64,000 nucleotides of DNA from an uncultured Verrucomicrobiae bacterium (GTDB lineage: Bacteria; Verrucomicrobiota; Verrucomicrobiia; Chthoniobacterales; JAATET01): positions 32,001-96,000 of the forward strand of contig CAVRCI010000005.1 of assembly GCA_963719495.1 (NCBI GenBank), written 5' to 3'. A model generated the notes under the pieces. It saw only the letters and a program-made list of their open reading frames with translations. It ran no database searches and was not told the DNA's origin. This document shows positions 40,405 through 50,368 of the stretch, piece by piece. Within the stretch, counting starts at the first letter, position 1; the number at the start of each line of letters is the position of its first letter. A program made the position numbers and the translations under genes.

Positions 40405-43400
40405 ATGCGCGAATACCCACTATCCCCGCTGCACCACCAGCAACTCGCCGCCTCCGGCCAGCCCGCCGGATCCGCTTTCCACACCCGCCAGCTCTCCTTC
40501 AGTTTCGGCGAGCGCATCGACCGCGACCGCCTCGTCGCCGCCTGGGGTGACCTGACAACCGCCCACCCCATCCTCCGCACCCGCCTCGACCCCGCCGGCC
40601 CCCGCTGGGTCGAGTCCGACGACGACATCACCGACTGGCAAGCCCTCGATTGGCAAACCGACGCCCCCACCGACCTTGGAGCCGCCTGGCAGGAACTCGT
40701 CACCACCGACGCCGCCCACCCCGTCACCACCGGACACCGCCTCACCACCATCCAACTCCCCAGCGGCGACCTCCACCTCCTCTGGTCCTACGACGACCTC
40801 CTCATCGACGAATCCGCCCTCGAAGTCCTCCTCGTCGAGTGGCTCCTCCGCTACGAAGGCGACACCTCCGACACCGCCCCCGACGACCCGGCCCCCGCCT
40901 TCGCCGCGCTCACCGAGCACGATTCCGAAGAAAAAACCTGGCGCTCCCATTTCCAAAACGTCCCCGCGATCCGCCCCCTCATCCTCCTCCCGCTCCCGCC
41001 CGAGTCCGCCCCCACCGCCCGGCGGACCACCGTCACCCACACCTTCGAGCGCGAACACGGACAAACCCTCACCGCCGCCGCGAAGACGATGACCGTCGAA
41101 CCCGTCGACCTCGTCAAAGCCGCCTGGATCTCCCTCCTTGGCCCCGCGCTGTCGTCGCACGAGATCATCCTCCTCGAATCCATCCGCCTCCCCCTCACCG
41201 CCATCGCCCGCGCCGAGGCCCGCGTCCCCCGCCGCCACCGCCTCGCCCCCGACGCCAAAGTCTCCGCCCTCGCCCAGGCCGTCGCGCAAACCCGCGCCGA
41301 ATCCACCGGCATCGGCACCTGGACCGCCGAACAAATCGCCAACGTCGTCTCCGGTGGAGCCGCCTCGACCCGCCCCGCCGCCGCCTTCCGCTACCGCCGC
41401 GGCACCCTCAACGACACCCTCCACGCCCGCCTCCCCCGCTGGCTCGGAGCCGACGCGCAATTTCTCAGCCACGACCCCGCCCCCTTCACCCTCATCTACA
41501 CCGCCTCCGACCGCGCCGAAGTCGCCCTCGACTTCGATCCCGGCCTCTTCAGCGAAGCCGCCGCCCGCCGCTTCCTCGAGCGCTGGGTCTCGCTGATTGG
41601 CCAGCTCATCGCCGACCCCGACCGCCCCCTCGCCGACCTGTCGATCCTCCTCCCCGACGAACCCACCCTCGTCGCCGGACCCGAAGCCGCCCCCCCCTTC
41701 CGCAGCCTCGTCCCCCAATGCCTCCACGATCTCTTCGCGGAGACCGCGAGTGACCTCGGCGACGCCGTCGCCCTCGAGACCGACGGCGGCCTCGTCACGT
41801 TCCAGACCCTCGACCAACAATCGAACCAGGTCGCCCGCGCCCTGCGCAAACTCGACGTCTCGCCGAAGTCAACCGTCGCCATCGAACCCGGCCCCTCCCA
41901 CCTCTGGCCCGCCGTCATGCTCGGAATCTGGAAAGCCGGAGCGACCATCGAACTCTCCGGCGGCAGCGAAGCCGCGCCGAAAAAGCAGTCGAAGGGCAAG
42001 AAATCCACGATCTCGATCGGCGAAAGCCAACCCAATTCCCCCGACGGCCACGCCCTCGCGAAGTTCTGGGATCAAGTCTCCGCCGAAAAACCCCGCCCCA
42101 TCCCCAGCGAACTCTCCGCCACCGACCCCGCGATCCGCACCGCCGACGGCCGCAAACTCACCCACGAAGAAGCCGGCCGTCTCAGCCAGGCCTCCGCCGC
42201 CGCCCTGCTCGTCGCGCCCGGCGACCGCACCCTGCAATCCGGAGCCCCGAGCGACCTCGATCCCATCGTCGAGCTCTTCGGCGTCCTCCTTTCCGGAGCC
42301 ACCGCCGTCCTCGCCGCCCCCGGCGGCTGGTCCACCCGCACCGCCTTTCAGGAGTTCGCCGACCAGCACAACGTCACTCTTCTCAGCATCCCGACCCCAT
42401 TCTGGAGTCAATGGACCCACTACCTCGCCGAGCTCTCGCTCCCCGCACCCGCGAGCGTCCGGCGCACCGTCATCCACGGCGGCCGCGTCGCTCCCGCCGC
42501 CCTCGCCGCGTGGCACGCCGCCGCCCCGACCGCGACCCTCCTCCACTCAGGCATCGGCTTCCACGGCCCCTCCTCCGAGATCGACCCCGGCGACGCCTTC
42601 GAGCCCGCCTCCCACCCCCCCGCCGGCAGCGTCGCCCGCATCACCTGGCAGGGCAAACCCCTCCCCCCCGGTTTCGCGGGCCAACTCGAAGTCGGAGCCT
42701 CCGAGGACACCCTCCTCGACTCGGGTCGCGAAGCTTTCCTCGACGACACCGGCACCTTCTACCCCCGCAACGAACTCGAAGCCACCCTCCGCCCCGGCAC
42801 CCCCACCTCCCGCCTCGAGACCATCGAGCGCGCCATCCTCGCCCACGCCGAGATCTTCGACTGCGTCCTCGCCCCCGGCGAAGCCGACGTCTGGAACGTC
42901 TGGATCGTCCCCGCCGACTCCCAACGCGGCGAACCCATGGATTTCCGCGACCACCTCGGCAAGCACGTCCCCGACCTCGAATTCGCCGTCGCCTGCATCC
43001 CACGACTTCCCCTCGACTCGGGCGGCCAACTCGATTCCTCGGCCCTGCCGAAACCCACCCGCGAAGCCGCCCCCACCCGCGCCGCCGATCCCGAAGAACC
43101 CCAAAAGCCCCGCGGCGAGGACGAAAAACTCCGCAGCATCCTCTCGCGCGCCCTCGGCGGACGCGCCATCCAGAACGACACCTCGATCTCCGACGGCTCC
43201 ACCAAACCCCACGTCGCCAAACACCTCCACGAAACCTGCGAGCGCACCGGCTACCCCATCGCCCGCCTCGCCGACTTCCAGCGCACCTTCACCGTCAAAT
43301 CCCTCCTTCGCGAATGGCGCGCCCGCAAGACCGCCGGAAAATGGGAACCCCTCACCGCCCTCCGCGCCGCCGGTTCGCTGCCACCACTCGTCTGCTTCCA

Positions 43401-44034
43401 CGATTTCGGCGGCGGCTCCGACCTCTACCGCGAGCTCACCCTCCAACTCGACCCCGAGCAACCCGTCTACGCCGTCACCGCCCGAGCCACCATCGAACCC
43501 GACGCCGCCCACAAAGACGTCCTCGAAATGGCCATCGCCTACGCCGAAGCCATCCGCGGCTTCGACGCCGAAGGCCCCCACTCTCTCGTCGGCTTCGGCT
43601 TCGGCGGCATCCTCGCCATCGAAACCGCCCGCCTCCTCCTCGAATCCGGTCGCGAGGTCGCCCTCATCGTCACCCTCGCCACCGAGCCACCCAAACCCGT
43701 TGGAGGACTCGCCACCACCTTCGCCAAGCTCCTCGGCCGCAAAAAAGACCCCGCCCCCCGCCCCGGCGACTCCCGCATCGCCACCGCCAACCGCCTGGCC
43801 GCCGCCCACCACCGCGTCGAACCCCTCGACGTCAAAATCCACGCCTTCCTGCCCGAACTCGATTTTCCCACGCTCGCCGACGTCCAGAAAGGCTGGGACG
43901 CCATCTCCGACGAAGTCCAAATCTACCAAGTCCCCTGCGCCCCCGCCGACCTCCTCGAAGAACCAGCCGTCACCGCAATAGCCGACGCCCTCACCAAACT
44001 AGCCGCCAACGAAGACCTAACGGACGAAGAGTAA
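40405..44034 (+). CDS. NRPS-like C-A-T-TE protein with degenerate catalytic motifs
   Basis: YPLSPLH, HPILRT, CLHDLF, LDQQSNQVA, PTPFW, RLPL..GQLD..ALP and a TE-like LVGFGFGG. Confidence 0.8.
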   Translation: MREYPLSPLHHQQLAASGQPAGSAFHTRQLSFSFGERIDRDRLVAAWGDLTTAHPILRTRLDPAGPRWVESDDDITDWQALDWQTDAPTDLGAAWQELVTTDAAHPVTTGHRLTTIQLPSGDLHLLWSYDDLLIDESALEVLLVEWLLRYEGDTSDTAPDDPAPAFAALTEHDSEEKTWRSHFQNVPAIRPLILLPLPPESAPTARRTTVTHTFEREHGQTLTAAAKTMTVEPVDLVKAAWISLLGPALSSHEIILLESIRLPLTAIARAEARVPRRHRLAPDAKVSALAQAVAQTRAESTGIGTWTAEQIANVVSGGAASTRPAAAFRYRRGTLNDTLHARLPRWLGADAQFLSHDPAPFTLIYTASDRAEVALDFDPGLFSEAAARRFLERWVSLIGQLIADPDRPLADLSILLPDEPTLVAGPEAAPPFRSLVPQCLHDLFAETASDLGDAVALETDGGLVTFQTLDQQSNQVARALRKLDVSPKSTVAIEPGPSHLWPAVMLGIWKAGATIELSGGSEAAPKKQSKGKKSTISIGESQPNSPDGHALAKFWDQVSAEKPRPIPSELSATDPAIRTADGRKLTHEEAGRLSQASAAALLVAPGDRTLQSGAPSDLDPIVELFGVLLSGATAVLAAPGGWSTRTAFQEFADQHNVTLLSIPTPFWSQWTHYLAELSLPAPASVRRTVIHGGRVAPAALAAWHAAAPTATLLHSGIGFHGPSSEIDPGDAFEPASHPPAGSVARITWQGKPLPPGFAGQLEVGASEDTLLDSGREAFLDDTGTFYPRNELEATLRPGTPTSRLETIERAILAHAEIFDCVLAPGEADVWNVWIVPADSQRGEPMDFRDHLGKHVPDLEFAVACIPRLPLDSGGQLDSSALPKPTREAAPTRAADPEEPQKPRGEDEKLRSILSRALGGRAIQNDTSISDGSTKPHVAKHLHETCERTGYPIARLADFQRTFTVKSLLREWRARKTAGKWEPLTALRAAGSLPPLVCFHDFGGGSDLYRELTLQLDPEQPVYAVTARATIEPDAAHKDVLEMAIAYAEAIRGFDAEGPHSLVGFGFGGILAIETARLLLESGREVALIVTLATEPPKPVGGLATTFAKLLGRKKDPAPRPGDSRIATANRLAAAHHRVEPLDVKIHAFLPELDFPTLADVQKGWDAISDEVQIYQVPCAPADLLEEPAVTAIADALTKLAANEDLTDEE

Positions 44035-44090
44035 CGCAAGCATCCTGCTTGCCCCCCACCTGTCATGCTGAGCGAAGCGAAGCATCTCTG
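44031..44090. repeat. GTAA-footed hairpin plus a family G arm
   Basis: GTAACGCAAGCATCCTGCTTGC, then TGTCATGCTGAGCGAAGCGAAGCATCTCTG. Confidence 0.8.
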
Positions 44091-44106
44091 GCCTACACTC
44101 CTCACC

Positions 44107-44946
44107 TCACCTCATCCCACGAACCAACCACCCCAAACTCCCCAGCACCACCCCCCGCAACCGCCGCCGCGAGATCTTCACCACCCCCGCCGAGTCCACC
44201 CGCAACTCCGGTGCCATCGCCAACCCAATCCGAGCCGGCAGCACGCAAGCCAGTCGCATCCGCCGACGGTCCACGCGCCGGGCCCACTCCAGCCCGGCCT
44301 CCAGCCCCATCCGAGCCTCGTCCTTCACCCGATCGAAATCCGCGTCCACCACGTAAACCCGCCCGATCTCCCGATCCGCCGCCCGGTCCCGCAGAATATT
44401 CACCCGCTGCAACCCTTTCCCGTAATCCACCCCCAGCCGCACCATCTCCCCCCGATCCGCTTGGGAAAACCCCGGCACCCGATCAAAACTCAACTCCGTC
44501 CAAAACTCCCCCACGCACCCCGCGACGAGATAAGTGTATCCGTCCAACTCCTCCGCCCCAAGGTCACCGCCGCTACCCCCAAACCGCTCCAAATCAAAAA
44601 TCTGACCCCGCAAAATCCGAGCCCACACCCACTCCAGCCGCCCCCGGTCCGGCGAGTCCCGCAACCGCTCGATCAACCCCGGCAGCGCTGTCACCAACTC
44701 GGCCTCCGCCGCCACCTCCTGCCGACCCGCCATCGCCGCCACCACCCCGGCCCCAATCCCAAATCCCTCCAACTCCCGCAAAGCCCCAACCCGCCGACCC
44801 ACCTCCGCCCCGGAAGAGTCCGCGATACTGTCGGAAGCCCGCGCCAGCAAATACCCCAGCGCCACCGTCTCCCGAATCTCCCCAGGCAACCACCGAATCG
44901 TCATCGCAAACGACCGAGCCACCCGCCCCAAAAGCGCCCAATCCAT
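44107..44946 (-). CDS. Squalene/phytoene synthase family protein
   Basis: ARSF, LARASDSIAD, YTYLVAGCVG and GLQRVNILRD. Confidence 0.88.
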   Translation of the reverse strand: MDWALLGRVARSFAMTIRWLPGEIRETVALGYLLARASDSIADSSGAEVGRRVGALRELEGFGIGAGVVAAMAGRQEVAAEAELVTALPGLIERLRDSPDRGRLEWVWARILRGQIFDLERFGGSGGDLGAEELDGYTYLVAGCVGEFWTELSFDRVPGFSQADRGEMVRLGVDYGKGLQRVNILRDRAADREIGRVYVVDADFDRVKDEARMGLEAGLEWARRVDRRRMRLACVLPARIGLAMAPELRVDSAGVVKISRRRLRGVVLGSLGWLVRGMR

Positions 44947-44964
44947 CAAGCGAACCCCTCACCC

Positions 44965-44998
44965 CAATCCGCAATCCGCAATCCGCAATCCGCAATCC
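44965..44998. repeat. Heptamer tandem repeat (CAATCCG)x4 plus CAATCC
   Basis: Read directly. Confidence 0.92.
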
Positions 44999-46048
44999 TC
45001 ACAGTCCCACCCGCACTTGCTCGATCTCATCGGCATAAAACCGACCCAGCCCCATCGCCGCCGCGCTCTCAACGTGCCCCGCCCGCAGCCCGATCGACGG
45101 CAGTTTATTGCTCGTCTTGTATTCCTCCAGCAACCGAATCGCCACCGCGTCCAGCGCCACCGGATCCGCGCTCGCGAACAGCGTATAATAGGGCCGCACA
45201 AAATTCGGATTCGGCAAAGGCCCACCCGCAAACTGCAAAGTCAGCCCGTCCATCAAGGTAAACACCACCTTCCCGCGAATCATCGGATCCGAGTAAATCT
45301 CCGCCAGATACGGGTCTCCAAACGTCGGCGGTTTGATGAAACGCCGCCAATTGTCGACGTTCCAAAGCGTCATGTTCGCGATCGCCCCGTTGATCCCCGT
45401 CATGAAGCTGTCGCACAGCGAAGGCACGTTGATCACCTTCGTCACCTCCTGGCTAAGGACTTTCGCAAAGTAACTCGTGCTACTCAGCTGATCCCCGTTC
45501 GAGAGCACGTCCTCGAGCCGAGTCCCCTCCCGCACCCCGAACTTGCTGTCCCCCCAGATCAGCCGCCCCAGCACCGGAGCCGTCAGCAACGCCTTCGGAT
45601 CATACCCCGACGTCGGGTCCGTCCAGCGCAACTGGTAGTCCGGCGAATCCTTCGAAAACCCCGCCTTGATGAGATCCTCCTCGTTCCGATCCCAGACGAG
45701 AATCTTCGAAGCCGGCACCCCCGCCGACTGCAACCCCCGCGAAATCGCCCGCACCACCGCCACGTGCGTCCCGCTCACGTCCCCCGGAGCCGCCGCCACC
45801 TTGATCCCCACCACGTCCTCCGGCCCCGCCAGCGACCGCCAGGCCTCCGCCGCCGAACGTTTCCGAGTCACCGCCGCCACCAGCGAATCCACCATCCGCC
45901 CCACCACCGCCTCGTCCGCCCGAAACCCCGTCACCAACGACTTCGGGTCCATCGCGAAATAAACCGTCGATCGCTCGGCCACCGCTTGCGCAAATGTCCC
46001 GCCCGCGCCCGCGAGCAGACACACCATCGCCATTCCGATCCCCCTCAC
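44999..46048 (-). CDS. DUF362-domain exported protein
   Basis: VVGIKV, VINVP and DPVALD motifs. GTGA overlap. Confidence 0.75.
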   Translation of the reverse strand: MRGIGMAMVCLLAGAGGTFAQAVAERSTVYFAMDPKSLVTGFRADEAVVGRMVDSLVAAVTRKRSAAEAWRSLAGPEDVVGIKVAAAPGDVSGTHVAVVRAISRGLQSAGVPASKILVWDRNEEDLIKAGFSKDSPDYQLRWTDPTSGYDPKALLTAPVLGRLIWGDSKFGVREGTRLEDVLSNGDQLSSTSYFAKVLSQEVTKVINVPSLCDSFMTGINGAIANMTLWNVDNWRRFIKPPTFGDPYLAEIYSDPMIRGKVVFTLMDGLTLQFAGGPLPNPNFVRPYYTLFASADPVALDAVAIRLLEEYKTSNKLPSIGLRAGHVESAAAMGLGRFYADEIEQVRVGL

Positions 46049-46854
46049 GGCCGCACCCCCCGCGGATCTTCGACGACCACCCGCACCGGTGCCGCCACCA
46101 CCACCGGACGCGGATCCCATCGCTCGATCGCCGCCCGCAACGGCACCGCAACGACCAAAGCCCAGCCAAAACTCAGGAACGTGCCGATGATGATGTATTC
46201 CGCCATCTTGCGCTGACTCGATTCTTTGATCTCGCCGAATCGCAGGATCGATTTCGCCGCCAGCAGAAACCCGATCCCGGTCGGCTGACCGATCAAATAA
46301 AACAGCACCGCGAGCAACCGCTCCAGCCACCCGATCATCCGCCCCCCGCCCGCCAGGCCGTCGACCGCGGACGCCCCCCGAGCCGCCTCCGCCTCCGCCA
46401 CCTCCCGGCGCAGCGGCTCGGTCAATTTCCCGATCAAAATCCCGCCGACCGGCCCGGTCAGAATCACGCCGCAACCGACCGCCACCCCCACCCGGCACCA
46501 CCCCAACACCTCCGGATCCAACCACGCCTCCCAGCAACCCCCATCCGCCGCTAGCGGGAACAACGCAGCCAGCAACCCGATCACCGCCACGTGCCCGATC
46601 TGATCGCCGACGAACGCCCTCGGCCCGTCTCCACCCAACCGCGTCTTCACAAAGTCCAGAGCGGCGTGGCTGCCAAAGATGGCTCCGAGAATGATCCAAG
46701 GAAACGACCCCAGGAAGACTGCCGAAAGCCCGGTCACGATCAAAACGTGCAGCCCGAACACGCCGTAGCGAGCCTTCCGAGCCACCATCCAATCCGGTTG
46801 CAGGACGAAATCCGCCAACAGGTGCGCCGCCAGCAATGGAAGGAATGTGTTCAT
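46045..46854 (-). CDS. DUF3307 membrane protein
   Basis: AHLLADFVLQ, DQIGH, IGWLER, AAKSILRF and EYIIIGT. Confidence 0.88.
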   Translation of the reverse strand: MNTFLPLLAAHLLADFVLQPDWMVARKARYGVFGLHVLIVTGLSAVFLGSFPWIILGAIFGSHAALDFVKTRLGGDGPRAFVGDQIGHVAVIGLLAALFPLAADGGCWEAWLDPEVLGWCRVGVAVGCGVILTGPVGGILIGKLTEPLRREVAEAEAARGASAVDGLAGGGRMIGWLERLLAVLFYLIGQPTGIGFLLAAKSILRFGEIKESSQRKMAEYIIIGTFLSFGWALVVAVPLRAAIERWDPRPVVVAAPVRVVVEDPRGVRP

Positions 46855-46884
46855 GTCACCGTTTCGAGGACGTCGATTTGCCCA

Positions 46885-47586
46885 TCATCCCCTGACAGCC
46901 GTTTTCGGCTGTCTTACCCCAGACAGCCGTTTTCGGCTGTCTTGCCCCCACAGACTTTCGAACCGCTCCACGGCCACTTCGATCGCGTGCCAGCCCGCCG
47001 CGTTCAGCGCCTTGGTGACGGTTTGTTTGGTGACGGCAGGCCGCTGCGCTTTCGCGATTTCCTCGTGAGTCGGCGCGCTGGGATGCAAAGCCCGCGCCAC
47101 GAATTCCGCCTGCCGCCAGGACCACCGCGTGATCAGCTCGTCGCACAGCACACCCACCACCGGCAACCAATCGCCGCCCGGTCGCGCGGCCTCGATCGTC
47201 ATCCGCTCGCGCGAGTCCATCCCGTCGAGCGCCCGACCCGACACCTCGAAAGCCTCGCCGCTGGAAAGCGACGTCCGCGTCCGGGAAATCTTCCGAACCG
47301 TCCCCAACCCGATGGCCACGCGCGAATCCGCCCGCATCCTCGCCCGCAAAGTCGCTCGCAGAAAGATCGCCACGCGCAAGGCCATGCCCGGATCCTCCAG
47401 CACGAGCTGCCAGGCGTCGCCGCGAAAAAACTCCGGCTTCGATCTCACCAGCCCCCGCCGCCAGGCGCGCACCTCCCGCGTCGCTTCCAACCAACAGTCC
47501 CGCAGTGCCTCCAACCCATTTTCTCCGAGCGCGGTGGATTTCACGACGTCGCCGGAAAGAACGGCGTAGGTTGACGAGTTGCGCAT
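46885..47586 (-). CDS. SatD-family protein with C-terminal HTH
   Basis: VLSGDVVKS, FRGDAWQ, AIGLG and GEAF..SGR motifs. Paired with a DUF3307 gene. Confidence 0.82.
   Translation of the reverse strand: MRNSSTYAVLSGDVVKSTALGENGLEALRDCWLEATREVRAWRRGLVRSKPEFFRGDAWQLVLEDPGMALRVAIFLRATLRARMRADSRVAIGLGTVRKISRTRTSLSSGEAFEVSGRALDGMDSRERMTIEAARPGGDWLPVVGVLCDELITRWSWRQAEFVARALHPSAPTHEEIAKAQRPAVTKQTVTKALNAAGWHAIEVAVERFESLWGQDSRKRLSGVRQPKTAVRG
46894..46948. repeat. Two tandem palindromes GACAGCCG-TTTT-CGGCTGTC (28-bp period)
   Basis: Read directly at 46894 and 46922. Confidence 0.9.
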
Positions 47587-47693
47587 CGAAAGACCCCGCT
47601 CCGGGGTGATCACTTCAAACCCAATCCCCCCACTTTTGCAACCGACAACGAATCAAACCGGCTCTACGTTCGACTGCACCGACCTTCCGACCC

Positions 47694-48794
47694 GTGACCA
47701 CCCCTATCTCCCACCTCTACGTTCACATCCCCTTCTGCCCGAAGGTCTGCCCGTATTGCAGCTTCTACAAGGAGGCCAGCGACCGCAACCGCACCCGCGC
47801 CTTTCTCGACGCCGTCCTCCTCGAAGCGGAAAAACACGCCGCCACCCTGCGCCCCACCACCATCTTCTTCGGCGGAGGCACCCCCAGCGCCCTCAGCACC
47901 AGCCAGCTCGACCTCCTCCTCACCGGCCTCCACGACCGCCTCGACCTCACCGCCGTCACCGAGTGGACGCTCGAAATGAACCCCGCCACCGTCAGCCTCG
48001 AAAAGGCCCGCGCCCTCCGCGACCTCGGCGTGAACCGCATCAGCATGGGCGTCCAGTCCTGGGACGACACCCTCCTCCACACCCTCGGTCGCGTCCATTC
48101 CGCCGCCCAGGCCGAGCGCTCCTACCACCTCCTCCGCGAAGCCGGCTTCACCAACGTCAACCTCGACCTCATCTTCGGCGTCCCCGGCCAGACCCGCGAC
48201 CAGTGGGCCACCTCCCTCGACCGCACCATCGCCCTCGCCCCCGACCACATCTCCGCCTACTGCCTCACCTACGAAGAAGACACCGACTACTTCCTCCGCC
48301 TCCAGCGCGGCGAACTCATCCCCGACAACGAACTCGACGCCGACCTCTTCGAACTCACCATGGACCGCCTCGGCCCCGCCGACTACGAGCAATACGAAAT
48401 CTCGAACTACGCCCGCCCCGGCCGAGCCTGCCGCCACAACCTCGCCTACTGGCAATCCGCCGACTACCTCGGCCTCGGCCCCAGCGCCTTCTCGACCGTC
48501 GGCGACCAGCGCTGGAAAAACGTCAGCTCCACCGAAGACTACGTCCAAAAAATCAACGCCCACCTAGACCCCGCCGACTTCCGCGAACCCGCCCCGCCGA
48601 CCCTTCGAGCTGCCGAACGCCTCGCCTTCGCCCTCCGAACCTCCACCGGAATCCCCGCCGAAGACCTCGCCGCCTTCCCGACTGAACTCAACCGCCTCCA
48701 AACCGCCGGCTACTTGGAACCCATCGAGCAAAACTACCGCCTCACCCGCCAAGGCCGAATGCTAGCCGACGAAATCGCCGAAGCCTTCATTTGA
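47694..48794 (+). CDS. hemW: Radical SAM heme chaperone HemW
   Basis: LYVHIPFCPKVCPYCSF, GGGTPS, YEISN and HNLAYW. Confidence 0.92.
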   Translation: MTTPISHLYVHIPFCPKVCPYCSFYKEASDRNRTRAFLDAVLLEAEKHAATLRPTTIFFGGGTPSALSTSQLDLLLTGLHDRLDLTAVTEWTLEMNPATVSLEKARALRDLGVNRISMGVQSWDDTLLHTLGRVHSAAQAERSYHLLREAGFTNVNLDLIFGVPGQTRDQWATSLDRTIALAPDHISAYCLTYEEDTDYFLRLQRGELIPDNELDADLFELTMDRLGPADYEQYEISNYARPGRACRHNLAYWQSADYLGLGPSAFSTVGDQRWKNVSSTEDYVQKINAHLDPADFREPAPPTLRAAERLAFALRTSTGIPAEDLAAFPTELNRLQTAGYLEPIEQNYRLTRQGRMLADEIAEAFI

Positions 48795-48797
48795 GCG

Positions 48798-49140
48798 GGG
48801 GAGCGCACGCGTCCCCGCGTGCGAGCCGCGGCGTCCCGCCGCGGCAACCCGGCAAATCGAGCAAAGCGAGAGAGCCGAAGAACTCAAGGAGCGGCGATTT
48901 TCAATCGCCGAACCAACCAAATTCCGCGAAGCGGAACAAAAATCCCCCCGGCAACCCGCGCCAGCGGGAGCCGACCGCATCCCCCTTCCGTATCCTTCGC
49001 GACCTTTGCGACCTTCTGTTCAAAACCCGTATTCGAATTCCGCAAGAGTGTTGACTCGCGCTCTCCCGAGCGTCTCGCCCTTCGGGCTGCATCGCAGAGC
49101 CGATGCAGTCTGCCCCGAGCCTTCCCAGCCTCCGGTGCTC
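48798..49140. repeat. Multi-family repeat cluster (composite C, F, J)
   Basis: 48798-48914 matches 3925-4040. 48995-49024 matches 40298-40327. 49050-49140 matches 60116-60206. Confidence 0.87.
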
Positions 49141-49162
49141 TGTTCAAACGTATAAAACCCAA

Positions 49163-50236
49163 GTGACCCACGACATCCTCATCATCGGAGCCGGCCCCGC
49201 CGGCTCCGTCGCCGCCGCGCACCTCGCCCGCGCCAACCGCCGCGTCCTCGTCATCGAGAAGTCCACCTTCCCCCGCCACAAAGTCTGCGGCGACTGCCTC
49301 AACCCCGTCGCCTGGCCCATTCTCGAGCGCCTCGATCTCGCCGACCGCATCCTCACCCTCCCCCACGCCCAGGCCGACACCGTCGAATTCCTCGGAGCCC
49401 ACGGCCAGCGAGTCACCATTCCCGCCCCCGCCCACTCGCCCGCCACCGGTGAACTCATGGTCACCCGCCGCGACCTCGACGCCCTCCTCATCGCTCGCGC
49501 AACCGAGCTCGGCGCCGAATTCCGCGACAACCTCCCCGTCACCCGCATCGAGCGCACCGGCGGCCACTGGACCCTCCACACCCCCACCGGCCCACTCACC
49601 GCCCCCATCGTCCTCGCCGCCGACGGCCGCAACTCCACCACCGCCCGCCAGACCAACCGCCTCGGCCGACCCCGCCACGACCGCGTCGCCATCCAAACCC
49701 ACGCTCCCCTCGCCGACGACCTCGGCAACACCGTCCGCATGATCTTCCACGCCGACGGCTACGGCGGCCTCGCCCGCGTCGACGCCACCACCATGAACGT
49801 CTGCCTCGTCGCCCGCACCAAGCGCCTCCCCGCCCTCCGCGCCTACGCCGAACGCACCTTCGATCTCCCCGTCGACACCGACTGGCGCTCCATCACCCCG
49901 CTCACCCGCGCCGATTCCTCACCCGTCGCCGCCGACGGCCTCTTCCTCCTCGGCGACGCCGCCCGCGTCGTCGAACCCTTCACCGGCGAAGGCATCACCT
50001 ACGCCCTGCGCTCCGGCGAACTCGCCGCCGACGCCATCGCCAATCACCCCCTCCCCGCCGCCGAGACCACCTACCGCCGCACCCACGCCGCCACGTATCG
50101 CGGCCGCCTCTGGGTCAACCGCCTCGCGCGCCAGGCCAGCCTCCACCCCCTCGCCACCTCACGTCTCCTCAGCCTCCTCAAACTCTACCCAGCCCCCCTG
50201 GCCCTCCTAACCAAAAAAGTCGTCCGCCCCACTTGA
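49163..50236 (+). CDS. FAD-dependent oxidoreductase (geranylgeranyl reductase-like)
   Basis: IIGAGPAGS, FPRHKVCGD, AADG and GDAA...PFTGEG. Confidence 0.9.
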   Translation: MTHDILIIGAGPAGSVAAAHLARANRRVLVIEKSTFPRHKVCGDCLNPVAWPILERLDLADRILTLPHAQADTVEFLGAHGQRVTIPAPAHSPATGELMVTRRDLDALLIARATELGAEFRDNLPVTRIERTGGHWTLHTPTGPLTAPIVLAADGRNSTTARQTNRLGRPRHDRVAIQTHAPLADDLGNTVRMIFHADGYGGLARVDATTMNVCLVARTKRLPALRAYAERTFDLPVDTDWRSITPLTRADSSPVAADGLFLLGDAARVVEPFTGEGITYALRSGELAADAIANHPLPAAETTYRRTHAATYRGRLWVNRLARQASLHPLATSRLLSLLKLYPAPLALLTKKVVRPT

Positions 50237-50255
50237 GCCAACCGCCCCCCCCAAC

Positions 50256-50285
50256 TGTCATGTTGAGCGAAGCGAAACATCTCTG
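50256..50285. repeat. Family G arm
   Basis: TGTCATGTTGAGCGAAGCGAAACATCTCTG. Confidence 0.85.
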
Positions 50286-50368
50286 ACCTCTCACCCCCGC
50301 TTAGCAAGCTCATCTTCCCAGCACCCGAACCGTCCGCCAACCGCCCCAAATCCGTTCAATTAGATATC

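Noticed and set aside
42411..45038. Long Arg/Pro-rich ORFs overlapping the NRPS-like gene
   Set aside because: Alternative-frame artefacts of extreme C-ending codon bias.
46894..46948. Possible mini-CRISPR
   Set aside because: Only two units, a spacer of under 10 nt and no cas genes.
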